DNA of 64,000 nucleotides from Tubiluchus corallicola. Its lineage: Eukaryota; Animalia; Priapulida. The stretch spans positions 124,001-188,000 of the forward strand of contig JAQGDQ010002388.1 of the NCBI GenBank assembly GCA_030141605.1. The letters are read 5' to 3'. The position numbers and the translations under genes were made by a program. Under the pieces are notes generated by a model. It saw only the letters and a program-made list of their open reading frames with translations, did not search any database and was not told the DNA's origin. Position 1 is the first letter of the stretch; every line of letters starts with the position of its first letter. Of the stretch, positions 53,227-63,525 are shown one piece after another.

Positions 53227-54114
53227 TTAGGAAAGTTCACCACCTGCATCTTTCAATACTAAAGTCTGCATTTTCTGAAAAGCTTTCGCCTCTAGCTGAC
53301 GAATACGCTCTCTGCTAATATTCAGCTTCTGGCTTAATACCTCAAGTGTAACAGGCTTCTCCCGAAGCTTGCGTTCTCGGATAATTAGCTGTTCTCGCTC
53401 TGACAGTTGTGACAAAACTTTGTCTAAGATCTTGTACTGCAAACGTTTCTTCTCTTCTGAAACAAGCATTGCTTCTGGACCTAATGTTTTATCTTCTAGG
53501 AAATCCATTCTCTCTGTAGTTCCATCTTCCAGTAAAGGAGTATTTAAAGAGCTATCTCGATAAGATAAACGTCTATTAAACTCAATAAGTTCCTTCTCAC
53601 CAACCCCTGTTTCCTCTGCTAAGCGCTGTGCATCTTCTTTACTTAAGTCTCCATTATCGAAAATATTCAACTTTCTTTTTAATTTTTTAAAGCTAAAAAA
53701 AAGCTTTTTTTGAGATTCCATTGATCCAATTCTTACAAGAGACCATGACTTTAATATATATTCAGAAATCGCCGCTTTGATCCACCACATTGCATAAGTC
53801 GCTAAGCGAAAGCCTCTCTCAGGATCAAAACGACGAACAGCCTTCATTAACCCTGTGTTTCCCTCTGCAATCAAATCTGAAACTAGCAAACCATATCCTT
53901 TATATTGCATAGCCATCTTTACAACAAGGCGCAAATGGCTAGTTACAAGACGGTGTGCTGCCTTCAAATCCTTATGATCACGCCAGCGGCACGCAAGCAT
54001 ATACTCTTCTTCAGAACTAAGAATTGGAAATTTCCATATCTCTGCGATCCAGAAAGAAAGATCTTCCTCTCTTTGTAAAACAGGAAGTGCGCTACTATCG
54101 TAATATGTTGCCAT
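53227..54114 (-). CDS. rpoH: RNA polymerase sigma-32-family factor
   Basis: LVTSHLRLVVK, FDPERGFRLATYAMWWIKA, EYILKSWSLV, SRERIRQLE; altered RpoH box; ORF open from 54171. Confidence 0.88.
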   Translation of the reverse strand: MATYYDSSALPVLQREEDLSFWIAEIWKFPILSSEEEYMLACRWRDHKDLKAAHRLVTSHLRLVVKMAMQYKGYGLLVSDLIAEGNTGLMKAVRRFDPERGFRLATYAMWWIKAAISEYILKSWSLVRIGSMESQKKLFFSFKKLKRKLNIFDNGDLSKEDAQRLAEETGVGEKELIEFNRRLSYRDSSLNTPLLEDGTTERMDFLEDKTLGPEAMLVSEEKKRLQYKILDKVLSQLSEREQLIIRERKLREKPVTLEVLSQKLNISRERIRQLEAKAFQKMQTLVLKDAGGELS

Positions 54115-54339
54115 AGACTGCCCTTTAGATGTCAAAAAACACTGCTTATAACTCCAAGAGTATAAACTCACATATATAATAAAAACAATTATTTTAGCAT
54201 AAAACAGTTACAAAAACAAGTTTATCTATAATGTTTACAAAAAAATATAACAATAACACTCAACTGTAAATTCTTTACCATATGATTCTAAAAGGATTGA
54301 AAAATAGGCTGATTAATCCTGTTAAATTTATTAAACCTA

Positions 54340-55104
54340 CTAAAAATCCTCTTCTAACTCTTCAATCTCTGGTAAAATGAATTCCGAGCTCTGATCATGT
54401 ATACGTGCTTGGCGATTTTGATAGTACAAACTCTTAATCATTGTATATGGATCAACAGAAGTCATAATAACCTTTTCGTAATCATCAATAATATCTGCAT
54501 AAGCAACAACAGACTGAGCACTATTCGCAATATACCAGTCTGATACGTCATAATCTAAAAAATAGGTTGCAGGATGTAAAAAAGTATCTACCCCTGTACC
54601 TAAAACATCCCGAAAGCTAGAGGTTCCTAATACTGGGATAAACAAGTAAGGTCCAAAACCTACCCCCCATCTTCCCAGTGTCTGACCAAAATCTTCCTTA
54701 TGACGCTCTATACCATTTTTTCCCGCAACATCAAAAATACCCGCAACACCAAGTGTAGAATTAATACCAAAGCGCTTTATACTATTGACAAAACTATCTG
54801 AGCGCCCTTGTAACAAATTGTTCACAGCATAAGCAGGTTCTTTTAAATTTTGATGAACATTCCGTAATCCCATTTGAACTGGCGGAGGAAACATTCCTTT
54901 GTAAAAATGAGTTACTGGGCTTAAAACAACAGCATCAATAATACGATGAATACCAAACATAACCCTGTTAAATGGCTCTAGAGGATCTTTTATCTCACTT
55001 CCTTTACCGCCATATCCCCACGATTCCAAAGGAACAGAACAAGCAAACAAAAGACATAATATAAATATAGCCCTCAATAACTTTACCATAATCTTCACCA
55101 ACAC
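54340..55104 (-). CDS. mlaA: MlaA/VacJ-family lipoprotein
   Basis: Lipobox LFAC, DPLEPFNR, INSTLG, EDFGQTLG, DPY...Y.Q.R. Confidence 0.93.
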   Translation of the reverse strand: MLVKIMVKLLRAIFILCLLFACSVPLESWGYGGKGSEIKDPLEPFNRVMFGIHRIIDAVVLSPVTHFYKGMFPPPVQMGLRNVHQNLKEPAYAVNNLLQGRSDSFVNSIKRFGINSTLGVAGIFDVAGKNGIERHKEDFGQTLGRWGVGFGPYLFIPVLGTSSFRDVLGTGVDTFLHPATYFLDYDVSDWYIANSAQSVVAYADIIDDYEKVIMTSVDPYTMIKSLYYQNRQARIHDQSSEFILPEIEELEEDF

Positions 55105-55238
55105 CTCAAAAATTTACAAAATAATCATCGCTTCAGCATACTTACGCTCTTTAGTGTTTGCTATCACAATTTTATACAACCAACTGTTTAGCATTTTATA
55201 ATCCAAAACAACTTTTTATTTATTCTTGCTCGCTGCAG

Positions 55239-55268
55239 ATAATACTATATTTTTCCAGCAACTGTCAA
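55239..55268 (-). promoter_or_regulatory. Candidate sigma70 promoter for mlaA
   Basis: TTGACA-N18-TATTAT on the minus strand. Confidence 0.4.
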
Positions 55269-55372
55269 TCCTACCACAAATGCAATAATTTCATTAGGTT
55301 ATTTAAACATCATAGAAAATAGTTAAGATATAAGAATGAATTTAAAACCAATAAATCTATTGTTTTCTTATG

Positions 55373-56146
55373 CTATTTAAGCTTCTTCCTGTAAGCCTCA
55401 TATAGTTTCGCAATACGAACAAATCTTGAAAATGACATAATCATTGAAAATATAAACCCATACCATCCTCCCATACAATGTCGTCGTAAAAAATAATATT
55501 TGAAAAATGTAAAAGGAAATTCTAATAATAAGCGAATATATAAAATAATTGGTAGTTTATAGCTTGCTGACATAATCGATATATCCGTGTAATTATTATT
55601 CTTCTCAACTAAATGAGAAATTGATCGTATCGAATCATGCCAAATAGCGCCTTTTAGTGCGCGACCTAGCTCCCGACCAACTTGGACTCTATCCCAAGCA
55701 GGATCTTTAGAAAAACGACATTTCTCCTTATTATATAAACGGATTTCTGCATAATCATCTGCCCATAAACGTGGTTGAGAAGCAAATGGATAGACAAGTA
55801 AAATCCTTAGTCGATACCAAGAAAAAGAGGGTTCTCCAGCTCTAAAAATATCCCTTATCTCTTCAGCCAAATCAGACTGAACATATTCATCCGAATCCAA
55901 ATTCAAAAGCCAGCGATTTGAACAATGTTCCTCTCCCAACCGCTTTTGTAATCCATACCCTTTCCAGCAACTCGCACTAATAACCTTTGCTCCGTATACA
56001 TGCGCAATCTCCACCGTTTTATCTAAGCTTCCACCATCAACAACAACAATCTCGCTCACCCACTCACAAACAGACTGTAATGCCTTTTCAATCCTATCTT
56101 CCTCATTTTTTGATATAATAAAACAAGAAATTGGCAGCCTTTCCAT
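55373..56146 (-). CDS. Family 2 glycosyltransferase, LPS-core type (WaaE/KdtX-like)
   Basis: ISCFIISKNEEDRI, VVDGGSLD, WLLNLDSDE, FFKYYFLRR..GG.YG. Confidence 0.88.
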   Translation of the reverse strand: MERLPISCFIISKNEEDRIEKALQSVCEWVSEIVVVDGGSLDKTVEIAHVYGAKVISASCWKGYGLQKRLGEEHCSNRWLLNLDSDEYVQSDLAEEIRDIFRAGEPSFSWYRLRILLVYPFASQPRLWADDYAEIRLYNKEKCRFSKDPAWDRVQVGRELGRALKGAIWHDSIRSISHLVEKNNNYTDISIMSASYKLPIILYIRLLLEFPFTFFKYYFLRRHCMGGWYGFIFSMIMSFSRFVRIAKLYEAYRKKLK

Positions 56147-56433
56147 TCCTATATCTTTCCTTTAATTAACATATATAATTTCTTTTAAAATCCCGAAAAC
56201 TACTTCTAATTTTAGCTAATAATATAGTAGATTATTAGCATCTCATATAAATAATTTTATAATATTTTCCAACATTATTTAAACCTATTTAAAGCTCTCA
56301 TTCATATAAAAACTATTATACCAAGATTCACTGTGTTAACTAAAAAAAACTCTCTTTAAAAAACAGGCTGAATTCTTTATAATTATACAAATATACTATT
56401 ATAAATATACAAAACAAGACAAGGAGCTAAACC

Positions 56434-56799
56434 ATGCCCTATGATCCAGAAAATATTTTCGCAAAAATCATCCGGCAAGAAATCCCTTGTGAGAAAGTAT
56501 ATGAAGATAACACAACGATTGCTTTCAAGGATATCAATCCACAAGCACGTGTTCATCTTCTCGTTATTCCAAAAGGAAGTTATGTCTCTTGGGATGATTT
56601 CACGCAAAAAGCAACAAATGACGAAATTGCAACCTTTATAAAATCTATTGGAAAGATAACGCGACAATTGGGGTTGGCTAAAAGTGGATATAGAATTATT
56701 ACAAACCATGGAGAAAATGCTCATCAGGAAGTTCCTCATTTCCATATTCACATACTCGCTGGAAATGACTTAGGAAATGGCCTTCTTCCTAAAAACTGA
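56434..56799 (+). CDS. hinT: Histidine triad nucleotide-binding protein
   Basis: NIFAKI, FKDINPQA..H.LVIPK, QEVPHFHIH. Confidence 0.93.
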   Translation: MPYDPENIFAKIIRQEIPCEKVYEDNTTIAFKDINPQARVHLLVIPKGSYVSWDDFTQKATNDEIATFIKSIGKITRQLGLAKSGYRIITNHGENAHQEVPHFHIHILAGNDLGNGLLPKN

Positions 56800-57062
56800 T
56801 AAATAATATACTTAACTAAAGGCATTGAAAATACGCATAGCAGTACATATACTTTAATTTAGATAGAATTAGAAAAAATTTTATTTACAATAAAGCTATG
56901 AACAAATACAAAATCACCATTTTTTTTCTCACAATTTTAACTTTTTTATTAGAATTTCTATTGATAATTAAGTTGACAGTAAAATATACAAATACTCTGC
57001 TCTAAAAAACGGTAATTGAGCTTTAATATTGAGTGATTGGCAATAAAAGAGGTAGAAAAACA

Positions 57063-58562
57063 ATGCGTAGTTTTGCATCCGCTATATTTGGAAAAAGTTA
57101 TATCATAACATTTTCATTTCTTATCATTTTTTCCCTGTTGCTTTCGTTGCAGTATGCGTCTGCTAAAAAATACGCTTCTATTGTAATTGATGCTAATGGA
57201 GGGAACATTCTTTATGGCCATAATTATACGCAAAAGCGATACCCTGCTTCCCTTACAAAGATGATGACTCTTTATATGCTTTTTGACGCGCTTGACTCTA
57301 AAAAAATTACACTCAAAACACCTTTAAAAGTCTCCCGTAAAGCTGCAGCTCAGCCTAATCTTAAACTCGGTTTAAAAGCCGGAAGTACTATTTTAGTTGA
57401 GCACGCCATCACAACTATTATTGTTCGATCCGCTAATGATGTCGCAACTGTTATCGCCGAAAATTTAGGAAAAACAGAACCAGCTTTTGCCAGAATGATG
57501 ACAGCAAAAGCCAAGCAACTTGGTATGCATAACACAAATTTCAGAAACGCTTCCGGTCTTCCTGATAAGCAACAATACACAACTGCACAGGATATGGCTC
57601 TCCTTGCACAAAGTATTATGCTACACTTTCCGCAATATTACCATTTTTTCTCGAGAACAAGTTACCGATGGGGCGGTAAAACATACAAAACAACAAATAA
57701 GCCTTTAGAAACATACCAAGGGATGGATGGATTGAAAACAGGATATATTAACGAATCCGGGCATAATTTAGCCTCATCTGCACAACGAGGAAATGTGCGC
57801 CTTATCGCCATCATTTTTGGCCAGGCAAAAAGTAAACGTGATGCATATATGAAAAAAATTCTTGACACTTCATTTAAAAAAGCCAGAGTCAAGCGTGCTA
57901 GTTTAATTACTCCTACACATAAACCAAGAGGTATTCTTCTCTACGCTGACGCGAAAAACATTATTATGCAAACTGAAAAAAGTATACCCTCTACACCTTA
58001 TTCTAGACTAGCCTCTCAATATAACACGAATAATAAAATCGCAGAACAGGCAAGATATATTCTTCCTAAGCCTATCCAAAGACCAAAAATTCAGCTCGCT
58101 CAAAAAAGCTATACGCCTAAATCTAAGTCTTCTCAAGCTCATTTTATATCCCCTACCAACAGGCCTAAATATACACAAGCAGGCCATAATGACATGAATA
58201 TTCATGTTATACCTGTAAGTAAAAGTTATCCTCCTTCTGATTCTTCTCAAATAGGGAAAACAGGATTCTATGCAGAAAATATCCCCACCCCCTCTATCTC
58301 TAGAACAAAATGGGGCGTACAAATCATCAGTGCTCGCAATAAACAAAATGTTATTAATGAAGTTAAAAAAGCAAAAAACATCCTCCCTCAAAAATTCTTC
58401 TATGTAACACCACAAATCATCAACACACAGAAAAACGGAGCTACCCTCTATAGAGGGCATCTCGGAAATATTGCCTCCCAGCAGGAAGCACGATCGATCT
58501 GCTTATATCTTAAACAACAAAACTTCGAGTGCATCATAACCCGAAGAGAGCAAAGCATCTAA
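57063..58562 (+). CDS. D-alanyl-D-alanine carboxypeptidase (S11) with C-terminal SPOR domain
   Basis: PASLTK, SAND, GLKTGY; C-terminal WGVQI...LYRG...EARSIC..LK...C; ORF open from 57033. Confidence 0.92.
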   Translation: MRSFASAIFGKSYIITFSFLIIFSLLLSLQYASAKKYASIVIDANGGNILYGHNYTQKRYPASLTKMMTLYMLFDALDSKKITLKTPLKVSRKAAAQPNLKLGLKAGSTILVEHAITTIIVRSANDVATVIAENLGKTEPAFARMMTAKAKQLGMHNTNFRNASGLPDKQQYTTAQDMALLAQSIMLHFPQYYHFFSRTSYRWGGKTYKTTNKPLETYQGMDGLKTGYINESGHNLASSAQRGNVRLIAIIFGQAKSKRDAYMKKILDTSFKKARVKRASLITPTHKPRGILLYADAKNIIMQTEKSIPSTPYSRLASQYNTNNKIAEQARYILPKPIQRPKIQLAQKSYTPKSKSSQAHFISPTNRPKYTQAGHNDMNIHVIPVSKSYPPSDSSQIGKTGFYAENIPTPSISRTKWGVQIISARNKQNVINEVKKAKNILPQKFFYVTPQIINTQKNGATLYRGHLGNIASQQEARSICLYLKQQNFECIITRREQSI

Positions 58563-58614
58563 TTCGCCAACTCCATCATATATTTTAACTGGTAAAAAGA
58601 GCTTAGTCTCAGGT

Positions 58615-59394
58615 TTATTGAATATTGGACCATGAACTACGTAATGTAGCAAACACAGAAGAGGCAGGTGTGTTCGATTCTAAGCCTAAGGCATGAGCAA
58701 GTCTTTTGCTATCTGCCTGCAAAAATAAATTTAAGTGCTTAAGGCGTGATAAAGGAACCGGTACTGTTGGTTTTCCTTTTTGTTGCTTTTCTTTTACTTC
58801 CCGCTCAAAATCAAGAAGTTTTTCATCTTCTGGAAAAAACGAGCGTGCAAAATGAATATGCGCCGCCGTATATTCATGGCCACAATAAACTAACGTTTCC
58901 TCCGGCAGAGATCTTAATTTCACAAGAGATTGCCACATTTCTTCAGCACTTCCTTCAAATAATAGACCGCACCCAAGGATAAAAAGAGTATCCCCGCAAA
59001 ATACTGCCGAAGCAGATGGCAAATACCAAGCAATATGCCCTTGTGTATGACCTGGAGTATCTAGAACCTGGAAACCTCCTGGGATTTTTGCAGATGTTTT
59101 CCCTTCTTTAACCGCAATATCTAAAAAAGGTAAACGATGAAAATCTTTTACACTTCCTGCAAAAAGAGCATTAGTCACTGAACGTAAGGGCTCAATAGCA
59201 TTCACATGATCATCATGATGATGCGTTGCAAAGATATGCGTTAATTTTAAAGAATGTAATTTCAGAAAATCAAGAACAGGAGCCGTTTCTGATGGATCAA
59301 TAACGACACACCAATCTTCAGCTGGATGCCAGATACCCCAAGCATAATTATCTTTTAAAGAAGGAATAGCCTCTATACAAATATGTCCTACCAT
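58615..59394 (-). CDS. gloB: Hydroxyacylglutathione hydrolase (glyoxalase II)
   Basis: DNYAW, THHHDDH, TPGHT.GH, GDTLF..GCG, YCGHEY. Confidence 0.95.
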   Translation of the reverse strand: MVGHICIEAIPSLKDNYAWGIWHPAEDWCVVIDPSETAPVLDFLKLHSLKLTHIFATHHHDDHVNAIEPLRSVTNALFAGSVKDFHRLPFLDIAVKEGKTSAKIPGGFQVLDTPGHTQGHIAWYLPSASAVFCGDTLFILGCGLLFEGSAEEMWQSLVKLRSLPEETLVYCGHEYTAAHIHFARSFFPEDEKLLDFEREVKEKQQKGKPTVPVPLSRLKHLNLFLQADSKRLAHALGLESNTPASSVFATLRSSWSNIQ

Positions 59395-59399
59395 GATAT

Positions 59400-59441
59400 C
59401 GTTACCCTTTATCTCTTTAACGTTACCCTTTATCTCTTTAA
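59400..59441. repeat. Perfect 21-bp tandem duplication
   Basis: CGTTACCCTTTATCTCTTTAA twice (59400-59420, 59421-59441). Confidence 0.95.
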
Positions 59442-59478
59442 TTTAAAATAGATTCTTTAATTATGGTATAATACCCTC

Positions 59479-60192
59479 ATGAATAAAACAAGGATAGATA
59501 TAGAGCTCTTCTATGCGACGCCTACCGGGAGATACATGCGTAAAATATTGCGCCAATCTGTTCTAAAGTACTGGCCATCCCTTGAAAACCATACCCTTCT
59601 AGGGCTCGGCTATCCTCATCCTTATCTTGATATTATCTCCCCGAGAACACAGAATTCTATTTGTGCCACAACACATGCTTCTCTCCAATATCCATGGTCT
59701 CCTCTTTCTAATAAAATACGCACAACCCTCGTAAGTGATACAGCACTCCCTTTTTATGATTCTTCTTTCAGCAGAGTCATCCTTGTCCACACTTTTGAAT
59801 TTTGTCCAGAGCCAGATAGATTCCTTCAAGAAATATGGCGAATTCTTGATACAAACGGAAAAGCTCTTCTCATCATACCTAATAAAAAAAGCCTCTGTGC
59901 TCTTTGTAAAAAATCATTCTTCCATAAAGAAGTAACATACACCATTGAAACTATACAAAACATGCTCAAAAAAAACTGCTTTCTTATAGAAAAAAAGGAA
60001 ACCTGCCTCTTTTTAGCTCCCCCTTTCCATAATAGATTCCTTTTTCAATTTTCCTCCTTCTTTGAAAAAATAGGGCATTATTGCTATCCAAATTTCGGCG
60101 CATTTCATATTATCGAAATCAAAAAACATCCTCAATTTCTTATGGAAACAAAAGATCACAGAATTCACGTAAATGCTGTCTTGCCAACATGA
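59479..60192 (+). CDS. Class I SAM-dependent methyltransferase (YafS-like)
   Basis: FYATPTG, LLGLGYP.PYL, LPF.DSSF.RV..VH..E, EIWRIL; divergent from gloB as is usual. Confidence 0.85.
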   Translation: MNKTRIDIELFYATPTGRYMRKILRQSVLKYWPSLENHTLLGLGYPHPYLDIISPRTQNSICATTHASLQYPWSPLSNKIRTTLVSDTALPFYDSSFSRVILVHTFEFCPEPDRFLQEIWRILDTNGKALLIIPNKKSLCALCKKSFFHKEVTYTIETIQNMLKKNCFLIEKKETCLFLAPPFHNRFLFQFSSFFEKIGHYCYPNFGAFHIIEIKKHPQFLMETKDHRIHVNAVLPT

Positions 60193-60201
60193 AAATTCCA
60201 A

Positions 60202-60687
60202 ATGGCTAAAAACATACAACATAATGCTGAAAATATTGTTCAAATCTTTACAGATGGTGCATGTAGTGGAAATCCAGGTCCTGGTGGATGGGCTGCGCTT
60301 CTACGGTGGGGACAACACGAAAAAATGATCTCAGGGCATCACCCTCAAACAACCAACAATCGAATGGAACTCAAGGCTGTCCTTAGTGCGTTAGAAATAT
60401 TAAAATATCCCTGCTTTGTTCATATCTATACAGATAGTGCATACGTGAAAAACGGTATAACAATATGGATACACACATGGAAAAAAAATAACTGGACAAG
60501 TTCCGCAAAAAAGAAAATTAAAAATATAGAACTATGGAAGCTCTTAGATAATGTTGCGCAACAACATACTATACAATGGTTCTGGATTAAAGGACATAGT
60601 GGGCACCCCGAAAATAGCCGCGTCGATCAACAAGCAAGAGACGAAGCATTAATTGCTAAAAAAATAAAAACACTCTTAGAAACATGA
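60202..60687 (+). CDS. rnhA: Ribonuclease HI
   Basis: TDGACSGNPGPGGW, TTNNRMEL, TDS.YV, WIKGHSGHPEN. Confidence 0.98.
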   Translation: MAKNIQHNAENIVQIFTDGACSGNPGPGGWAALLRWGQHEKMISGHHPQTTNNRMELKAVLSALEILKYPCFVHIYTDSAYVKNGITIWIHTWKKNNWTSSAKKKIKNIELWKLLDNVAQQHTIQWFWIKGHSGHPENSRVDQQARDEALIAKKIKTLLET

Positions 60688-60701
60688 AAAGATATTAAGA
60701 A

Positions 60702-62102
60702 ATGAACTATATCAGTACACGATCTTCCTACAAAAACACACAATCTTTCGAAGACATCCTCATGTCCGGGCTAGCAAAAGATGGAGGGCTTTATCTACCA
60801 AAAGAATGGCCTCATTTTTCACACAAAGAGCTGCTAGAGCTTCAAAATTCCCCCTACCATGAGATCACTGCTGTAATCCTCTCTCCCTTTGTAAACAAAG
60901 CATTTTCACAAGAACAACTACTCTCTATAACAAAAAAAGCGTATTCTTCTTTCCACCATTCCGCAGTTGCTCCTCTAACACAAATCGATCATAAGCTCTG
61001 GATTCTCGAACTTTTTCATGGGCCTACCCTTTCATTTAAAGACTATCCTTTGCAACTTCTAGGACTCTTTTTTGATGCTATCTTGCAAAATAACAGCCAA
61101 AAGCTGACTATCATTGGTGCAACATCAGGAGACACAGGATCTGCTGCTATTGAAGCCTTTAAAAATATTCCAACTGTTAATCTCTTTATTCTCCATCCAC
61201 ATAAAAAAATATCTGAAACTCAACGGCGCCAGATGACAACTGTTCAAAACGAAAATATCCATAATATCGCTATACAAGGAAATTTCGATGACTGCCAAAA
61301 AATAGTTAAACAACTTCTTCAAGATCCCATCTTAAAGCAAAAAACTTCCCTATCTGCTGTAAATTCCATTAACTGGGGAAGAATTATGATCCAAATTGCT
61401 TATTATTTTATAGCCGCATTGCGACTCGGTGCTCCACAACGAACGCTTTCCTTTTCTGTTCCAACTGGAAATTTTGGTAATATTTTCGCCGCTTGGGCCG
61501 CAAAACAATGTGGTTTACCAATAAAAACACTTCTATGTGCCTCTAACACAAATGATATACTGACACGGTATTTTCATACTGGCATTATGGAAAAAAAATC
61601 TGTAATTCCAACAATAGCCCCTAGCATGGATATACAAGTCTCCAGTAATTTCGAACGGCTCCTTTTCGAATATCTCCAAAGAGATCATGAACGTACAAAA
61701 ATTCTTATGGAAACCTTTAATAAAAGCGGGATCGTCAACTTCGGAAATACCCTTAAAGAGCAATTATCCTCTCTCTTTCAGGCTTATAAATTTGACGACC
61801 CCCACATTTGTAATGCTATTCAAAAATGGTATAAAAAAACAGGGAATCTCTTTGATCCTCATACAATCTGCGCAATAGAAGCAGCAGAATCTACTAGGAA
61901 AAATGACCCAACAAATGACATAACTACTATCGCTATCGCAACAGCACATCCTGCAAAATTTCCTCAAACAATCCTTGAAAGTTGTGGCCAAAAGCCTCAT
62001 ATTCCTAGCCAAATTATACCTATATACACAAAAAAAGAGAAATTTGACATCCTCCCGCCAGAAAAAAACAAAATACGAAACCTAATACTCAAAACACTCT
62101 AA
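60702..62102 (+). CDS. thrC: Threonine synthase
   Basis: YISTR, ELFHGPTLSFKD, ATSGDTG, VPTGNFGN, TAHPAKF. Confidence 0.98.
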   Translation: MNYISTRSSYKNTQSFEDILMSGLAKDGGLYLPKEWPHFSHKELLELQNSPYHEITAVILSPFVNKAFSQEQLLSITKKAYSSFHHSAVAPLTQIDHKLWILELFHGPTLSFKDYPLQLLGLFFDAILQNNSQKLTIIGATSGDTGSAAIEAFKNIPTVNLFILHPHKKISETQRRQMTTVQNENIHNIAIQGNFDDCQKIVKQLLQDPILKQKTSLSAVNSINWGRIMIQIAYYFIAALRLGAPQRTLSFSVPTGNFGNIFAAWAAKQCGLPIKTLLCASNTNDILTRYFHTGIMEKKSVIPTIAPSMDIQVSSNFERLLFEYLQRDHERTKILMETFNKSGIVNFGNTLKEQLSSLFQAYKFDDPHICNAIQKWYKKTGNLFDPHTICAIEAAESTRKNDPTNDITTIAIATAHPAKFPQTILESCGQKPHIPSQIIPIYTKKEKFDILPPEKNKIRNLILKTL

Positions 62103-62153
62103 ATAAATGCCTTACGAAAATAAAAGACCATCCATAAGAAGGAGATATTCTTT

Positions 62154-63413
62154 ATGGCAATAAAAAAAACTACACTTAGCAATGGCTTGACAATTCTAAC
62201 AGACACAATTCCTACTGTTGAAACAGTTTCTATTGGTATTTGGCTAAATGCCGGCTCCAGAGACGAACTACCAGAGCATAACGGCACTTTTCATTTTTTA
62301 GAGCATATGGCTTTTAAAGGAACAAAAAAGCGAACTGCATACGACATTGCTCTAGAAATTGAAAATGTTGGCGGCTATATGAATGCTTGGACTTCGCGAG
62401 AAAATACAGTTTGGTATACAAAAGTTCTCCACAAGGATACACCACTTGCTGTTGATATTCTCTCTGATATCTTCCTTAATCCAACACTTGAACCTCAAGA
62501 ATTTGAACGCGAGCAATCGGTCATAATTCAGGAGATACGACAAGCACAAGATATGCCGGATGACGCTATTTTTGATCTATTTCAGAAAACCGCATGGCCC
62601 GAGCAACCTATTGGTCTTCCTATTGCTGGAACAGAAAAAATTATTGCTAATATCTCTAGGAATACTCTCTTAAACTATATGGAAAATTATTGGGATCCAA
62701 AAAAAATAATTGTCGTTTCTTCCGGAAAATTAGATCACGAAATACTTTCTAGAATGATTGAAAAAAAATTTGGACAAATCCAGCCAAAAAATACTTATAC
62801 TCAACAACAAAAACCTTGTTATCATGGTGGAGAAAGCCATGAAAAACGACAATTGGAGCAAATACAACTTGTTTTAGGGTTTGAAGGTATCCCCACAAAA
62901 GATAATGATTATTACGCTGCTTCTATTTTCTCAATACTTTTCGGTGGAGGAATGTCATCTAGGCTTTTTCAGGAAATCCGAGAAAAAAAAGGTCTTGTCT
63001 ATACAATACATAGTTTCCTTTCTGCATACCATGATTGTGGTGTTTTTGGTATATACGCAGTCACAGGAGAAAAAGAAATTTCTGAATTGCTCTCAACCTT
63101 CTGCCAAGAAACTAAAAAAGCATGTTATACAACCCAACAAGAAGAAATTGAGCGCGCAAAAAATCAACTATTAGCCGGCATACTCATGGAGCAAGAAAAT
63201 ACATGGTTCCGATGCCAGCAAATGGCTCGGCAGTTTCTTACCTATGGGACAACATTTACCGTTAAAGAAATTCAGGAAAAAATACAACAAGTCAATCTAG
63301 AGCAAATTCACAAAACAGCAAAACGACTTATAAATGAAAAAATTACCTTTTCTACAATCGGAGAAACAAAAGAAATACCGTCTCTTGAAGAAATTAAAAA
63401 TATCTTACGCTAA
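62154..63413 (+). CDS. M16 family zinc peptidase (MPP-like)
   Basis: HFLEHMAFKGT (HxxEH), GGGMSSRLFQEIREK.GL.Y; follows thrC as is usual in alphaproteobacteria. Confidence 0.95.
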   Translation: MAIKKTTLSNGLTILTDTIPTVETVSIGIWLNAGSRDELPEHNGTFHFLEHMAFKGTKKRTAYDIALEIENVGGYMNAWTSRENTVWYTKVLHKDTPLAVDILSDIFLNPTLEPQEFEREQSVIIQEIRQAQDMPDDAIFDLFQKTAWPEQPIGLPIAGTEKIIANISRNTLLNYMENYWDPKKIIVVSSGKLDHEILSRMIEKKFGQIQPKNTYTQQQKPCYHGGESHEKRQLEQIQLVLGFEGIPTKDNDYYAASIFSILFGGGMSSRLFQEIREKKGLVYTIHSFLSAYHDCGVFGIYAVTGEKEISELLSTFCQETKKACYTTQQEEIERAKNQLLAGILMEQENTWFRCQQMARQFLTYGTTFTVKEIQEKIQQVNLEQIHKTAKRLINEKITFSTIGETKEIPSLEEIKNILR

Positions 63414-63525
63414 CTTTACCACAAAAATTCTCAGAGTATAGTTTTCAAACCTCAAATTTAATAGCCTCTTTAGAGTAAAATTTTCATAGAAATATAGTAA
63501 AATATACCTAAAACACACTTAAAAG

